Position numbers and translations under genes: made by a program | Notes under the pieces: model-generated | What the model was told of the DNA's origin: nothing | Database searches by the model: none | Seen by the model: only the letters and a program-made list of their open reading frames with translations | In this document: positions 62,578 to 64,000 of the stretch, piece after piece | How the letters are laid out: every line of letters begins with the position of its first letter | Numbering within the stretch: the first letter of the stretch is position 1 | Assembly: GCA_965220105.1 (NCBI GenBank) | Contig: OZ244811.1 | Coordinates: 1,895,086 to 1,959,085, forward strand | Length of the DNA stretch: 64,000 nucleotides | Reading direction: 5' to 3' | Source of the DNA: Dehalococcoidia bacterium | GTDB lineage: Bacteria > Chloroflexota > Dehalococcoidia > Lucifugimonadales > UBA3495

Positions 62578-62827
62578 ATTAGAGATCTGGCCGGAAAGCC
62601 ATTGGCCGGGTTTTGCACTACGCCAAGTAGACGTATTACAGTCGTATAGGGCGTGATGGTGTATGGGATACGTTTCAATAACCCCTTATTACATCGATAA
62701 TAGACATTAAGAAAATAACGGCTTGTGGAGAATCGGGGTTCCCGGCCAGATTTCTAGGGCAATCAGTGATGCCCGGGGCTGGTGCAGGGTGATAGCGTAC
62801 ATCTGTTGGCCCTACTCCAGGGCACGG

Positions 62828-63031
62828 TCACTGCCGCGGGTTGACGAAGATGGTATCGGAACCGGTGCCGGCCCTGACCTCCTTCATTACGCCGGCGACC
62901 ACGGCAGCTTTGAGGACGTGGTGGCGGCATTAGGTCTGGCCGGCCAGCTGGTACAGGGTTTTCACGTAATTGGTGTGGGGAGCACGGGCGGGCGGCTCCA
63001 GTTCTTTTCCACAGGCAACGCAGCTGTGCAT
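62828..63031 (-). other. Small Cys-containing ORF with strong RBS and an in-frame TAA
   Basis: GGAGGTG lies 7 nt before the ATG at 63031. Reads MHSCVACGKELEPP...LAGQT-TAA(62930-62932)-CRHHVLKAAVVAG...NPRQ-TGA. Confidence 0.25.
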
Positions 63032-63165
63032 GGCTTTCACCTCCGGGTGATTTATGGTGTTGCCTGAATTGTAGTGAAAGAGCCCCGGGACTCGTTGTCG
63101 TTATCCCGGGCCGGAGCAACCGACGGCCGTCACTGGTGCAGTGTTATGCAATCCTTTGCATTGCA

Positions 63166-63238
63166 ATGGATACCATTCCATTCCATTGCGAATGTATTCC
63201 ATAGGAATGGTATGGATATCATTAGTATGGATACCATT
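63166..63238. repeat. AT-rich repeat cluster (ATGGATA(C/T)CATT x3 plus inverted ATACCATTCC/GGAATGGTAT)
   Basis: Copies at 63166, 63212 and 63227, with the palindromic TGCAAT..ATTGCA just upstream. GC is clearly below the surroundings. Confidence 0.7.
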
Positions 63239-63582
63239 GGGCTGATCGCCCCTGGAACTGCCGCGTCCGGAGGTGGGGTCACGAGAGCGATTTGGCCCTT
63301 CCTGGTACGGGACCTGTGGTCGGATCGTGGACGGCATCGGGTTTCCGGCCCCGGGGAGGGCTGTAAAATAGTCTTCAAACGGCCGCTTGCGCACGGATGT
63401 TCGCCGCGCGATAATTGTCTTTATCGCGCAGCTTTCAGCCCTAGAAATCACCACGAAATCGCCCCTCCGGAGACCGCCCTGGCCACCGCTGCCAACAACC
63501 CTGGGAATGACCGCCGCCGGCGTCCCGCCCGGCCGGAGATGACCCCCTGCCGCCGGTGAGACGACACCGCATCGGCAAGGAG

Positions 63583-64000
63583 ATGCCGGCCGTGATCCAC
63601 CCGGATCCCGATCCGGCCGCAATCAATCTCTGCCGGGACCTAGCGGCCGAGACCGACGCGGAGGCCGTCGTCCTCTTCGGCTCCCGGGCCGCCGGCGGCT
63701 GGGATGAGCAGTCCGATCTCGACATGATCATCGTCCATCCCGCCGCCGCCGAGGATGACCGCAGGAAGGTCCTGGGACAAACCTTGGCCCGGCTCGGGGA
63801 ACGCCACTACCCGGGCCACGGCGATTACGACAGTCCCCATCACGGAGTGGCGGACGGGCTGATGGTCGAGACGCCGCAGAATTACCACGCCTGCAGCCGC
63901 ACCCTGAACCACGTCATGGCCCGGGCCGCCCGGGAGGGCCGCATCTTCACCAGGGACTCCAGCGCCGCAGGCCGTTTCCGCCACGACGACGACGTCTCCA
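63583..64000 (+). CDS. Nucleotidyltransferase-domain (MNT-like) protein, partial at the window edge
   Basis: AAGGAG RBS and ATG at 63583. Reads VVLFGSRAAGGWDEQSDLDMIIV. The frame is open to the window end and is absent from the ORF track because no stop falls within the window. Confidence 0.65.
   Translation, partial: MPAVIHPDPDPAAINLCRDLAAETDAEAVVLFGSRAAGGWDEQSDLDMIIVHPAAAEDDRRKVLGQTLARLGERHYPGHGDYDSPHHGVADGLMVETPQNYHACSRTLNHVMARAAREGRIFTRDSSAAGRFRHDDDVS

Noticed and set aside
21659-62932. Alternative genetic code or stop-codon reassignment to explain the in-frame stops
   Set aside because: Conserved genes in the window end at the expected positions with TAA, TAG and TGA alike. The interrupted genes also carry frameshifts, so decay is the simpler explanation.
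63074-63622. ORFs 63074-63559 (+) and 63101-63622 (-)
   Set aside because: They are mutually overlapping, Arg/Pro/Gly-rich and span the AT-rich repeat cluster. Neither has a motif or an RBS.

Overview
GC-rich bacterial chromosome segment. By eye the 16S rRNA has Chloroflexota/Dehalococcoidia-like stretches, which needs a database check. Layout: (1) 0.3-18.8 kb holds core and catabolic genes: a GatC/AtzG-like peptide plus two amidases, thiolase+DUF35, VOC, LLM oxidoreductase, pyk, gltB/gltD, rsfS, ndk, tsaB/tsaE and thiL. (2) 19.3-20.8 kb is a stand-alone 16S rRNA gene with its own promoter and terminator and no 23S, 5S or tRNA. (3) 21.1-21.5 kb is tmRNA (ssrA). (4) 21.5-44.1 kb is a decayed genomic island abutting the tmRNA 3-prime end. 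It carries a large serine recombinase, an SbcEF/YhaON-like nuclease-ATPase operon, a dead phd-vapC pair, a NERD/UvrD/NERD-paralog trio, and remnants or copies of IS5, IS21, IS110, IS1380, ISNCY-like and IS630 elements. (5) 44.5-55.5 kb is core again (class V aminotransferase, argJ, argB, argD), invaded by a frameshifted DUF3696-type ATPase, IS256, a PIN-like gene, vapBC, and a 930-bp single-gene cassette flanked by 124-bp direct repeats. (6) 55.6-64 kb is an IS-riddled remnant of a plasmid-like replicon: iterons, a Rep-like gene, a truncated RepA/AAA_25-like gene and a partial nucleotidyltransferase. Best candidates for something undescribed: the NERD(active)-UvrD-NERD(degenerate) trio at 32.1-35.8 kb, the 124-bp-repeat-flanked PD-(D/E)xK-like cassette at 52.7-53.7 kb, recurrent frame-breaking 16/17-bp tandem duplications inside two unrelated transposase genes, and the IS256-split ATPase/PIN pair. 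All functional calls rest on motif recognition by eye. No searches were run.
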